From the human T2T-CHM13v2.0 reference genome, Homo sapiens: a stretch of DNA of 64,000 nt. The translations under genes were made by a program, and so were the position numbers. Below are positions 61,785-64,000 of this stretch, piece after piece. The stretch lies in NCBI RefSeq assembly GCF_009914755.1, contig NC_060936.1; one strand, written 5' to 3'. A model generated the notes under the pieces. The model was given only the letters and a program-made list of their open reading frames with translations. It had not been told where the DNA came from and ran no database searches. Numbering within the stretch: the first letter of the stretch is position 1; each line of letters opens with the position of its first letter.

Positions 61785-62544
61785 TGATGTCTTTTATTAA
61801 ACTCAAGTTTTCCTTTTTGAGGCAACAAAATCATTTACCCTTGATGTCTTTAACCTTGATGGTTCATTCTTCTTTTCCTGACTTGTTAAAGATCTTCCAT
61901 ATCCTAAAGTTGCATACTCATCTATACTATCCTCTTTTTAAAAAAGTTTTTCACGTGTATTATTTAATTCAACTGGAATTTATTTTCACGTATTGCTTGA
62001 AGCAGAGATCTAGTTTCCCCCCCCATCTAGAAAACCAATTCGACAGTCTACTTTTTCTCTCCCTCCCGCCAAGGAATGCCATTTCTAGCCTTCACCAATG
62101 TTCCAAATATGTATGAATCCATTTCTGAACTCTCTATTAGTTTGTCTTTTCCTGTACTAATACTATACTTCAAGTGCCATAATTTTTTTAACAGAGGTAC
62201 TTACATAAAGCATACAAATACTGAATGTACAGCTTGACCTTTAAATACATATACTCCTGTGTGTGATCCAGCTCAAGCCAAACTATTAACATTCCTCATG
62301 CTCCAGGAGGCTCCCTCACGATCCTTACCAATCAGTACCATGCTTCCAAGATGACCACAATTCTCATCTCTATCACTATAGATTATTTCTACTTGTTTTT
62401 GAGCTTGCTATAAATGAAATCATACAATACGTAATCCTTGTGTCTCACTAATTTCATTCAACATTAAGTCTGGGAGAGAGTCATCCCATGTTATGCATAA
62501 CAGTTTGTTCTTTGTCATTGTATATAGTATTTCAATCTAAATAG

Positions 62545-62849
<305 letters not shown>

Positions 62850-63849
62850 TAAATACCATAATTTTTAAATTCATCTTGACATCCAACAGAGCAAGTTCCT
62901 CCTCATTCTTTTTCTTCTTCCAAAACTATCTTGGTTATTCTTGAACCTTTAATTTTGCACAGGAAGGTCATTTTCCACAAAAAAAAAAAAAAATCCTACT
63001 GGGATTTTTGTCTGAAACTACATAAAATTCACAAAGTAACTTTTCAGTAATATTTATTACTAAATAAATTTTAACTTCCCACCCAAAAATATAGTATATC
63101 CTGCCTTTTATTCATGTCTAATTTTATGTCCTTCAATAAAATGTTGGGTACTATATTGAATTTCATATAAAGGAGATACTTTTTATTTTCTAATTGGCTA
63201 TTGCTAGTTTGAATGCTGACCTTGTATCCAGCAACGCTGAATTATTTTATTAATACAAACAGTACTTTCATTTCTTTTAATATTTCTAGGGAGCATCTCA
63301 TCTCATTTCTGTTCCTTTCCAATCCTTTTGGATTTTCTTTCTTTTTTGCGTATTGATAGAGATATATCTGTCTTACCCTTGGCTTTAATGAGAATGTTTC
63401 CAAAGTTTCACTATTAAGCATGATGCTTTCTATTTGAAAGGTAGCCTTTACTGTAAGAAAAAAAAAGCTCATTTCTGTTCATAGTGTAAGAGTGGTTTTT
63501 TAAAACTTTAATGGGTATTGAGTTTTAACATATAGTTTTACTAAATTTATCTAGATTTTTTCCTAAATTTTCTTATAAATTGATACAATTTTCAAATATT
63601 GAACTGTCCTAAACTCCTATCCCAATTAAAATTTTTATGTCTGTGTTCATAAGTAAGACTGAATGTAATATATTTTCCCTTGTATAGTCTTTCCATTCTA
63701 GATTTAAATGCTAAACTTGCCTGATAAACAGGTAGGGTAACTTTCCCTCTTTTTCTGTTCTCTGAGTCAATTTGCATAAGATTGGGATTAGCTGTTCCGC
63801 AAAAGCATATCTAAAATTATAATTACAAATATCACCATTAAAACTATTC

Positions 63850-64000
63850 CTTCATACTTGAGATGCTGAGGAGGGAAATTGCTTGAGGCCAGTTTGAAGC
63901 TGCAGTACACTATGATCATGCCTGTGAATAGCCACTGCACTGCACTACAGCCTCAACAGCACAGCAAGACCCCATCTCTAAAAAAACCAACCAAACAAAA
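63850..64000 (+). mobile_element. FAM-like monomer
   Basis: ctatgatcatgcctgtgaatagccactgcact. Confidence 0.75.

Overview
Mammalian (human-like) genomic DNA with two tandem minus-strand genes, recognised from their protein sequences. GXYLT1 (glucoside xylosyltransferase 1) contributes its CpG-island promoter, 5'UTR and coding exon 1 (4328-4548). YAF2 (YY1-associated factor 2, a non-canonical PRC1 subunit) contributes its last two coding exons (21518-21670 and 20494-20731), a long 3'UTR and about 42 kb of its large upstream intron. The rest is interspersed repeat: about 49 Alu-family elements, L1, L2, MIR, MaLR LTRs, Tigger1/2a/3b and MER5/MER3. Almost all other ORFs in the track are repeat-derived or chance. 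I see no new gene family, CRISPR array or RNA gene. Unexplained structure worth following up: (i) a ~205-bp, ~90%-identical non-Alu inverted duplication (13748-13957 / 16002-16205) just beyond the YAF2 3' end, with a double hairpin at one breakpoint; (ii) a second 68-bp inverted duplication (29636-29703 / 30726-30793) that truncates an Alu; (iii) a candidate 100-nt PTC-bearing YAF2 cassette exon (59048-59147); (iv) an MST LTR that could supply the distal YAF2 poly(A) signal; (v) phase-compatible YAF2-to-GXYLT1 read-through splicing. Repeat boundaries and subfamily calls are by eye and approximate.
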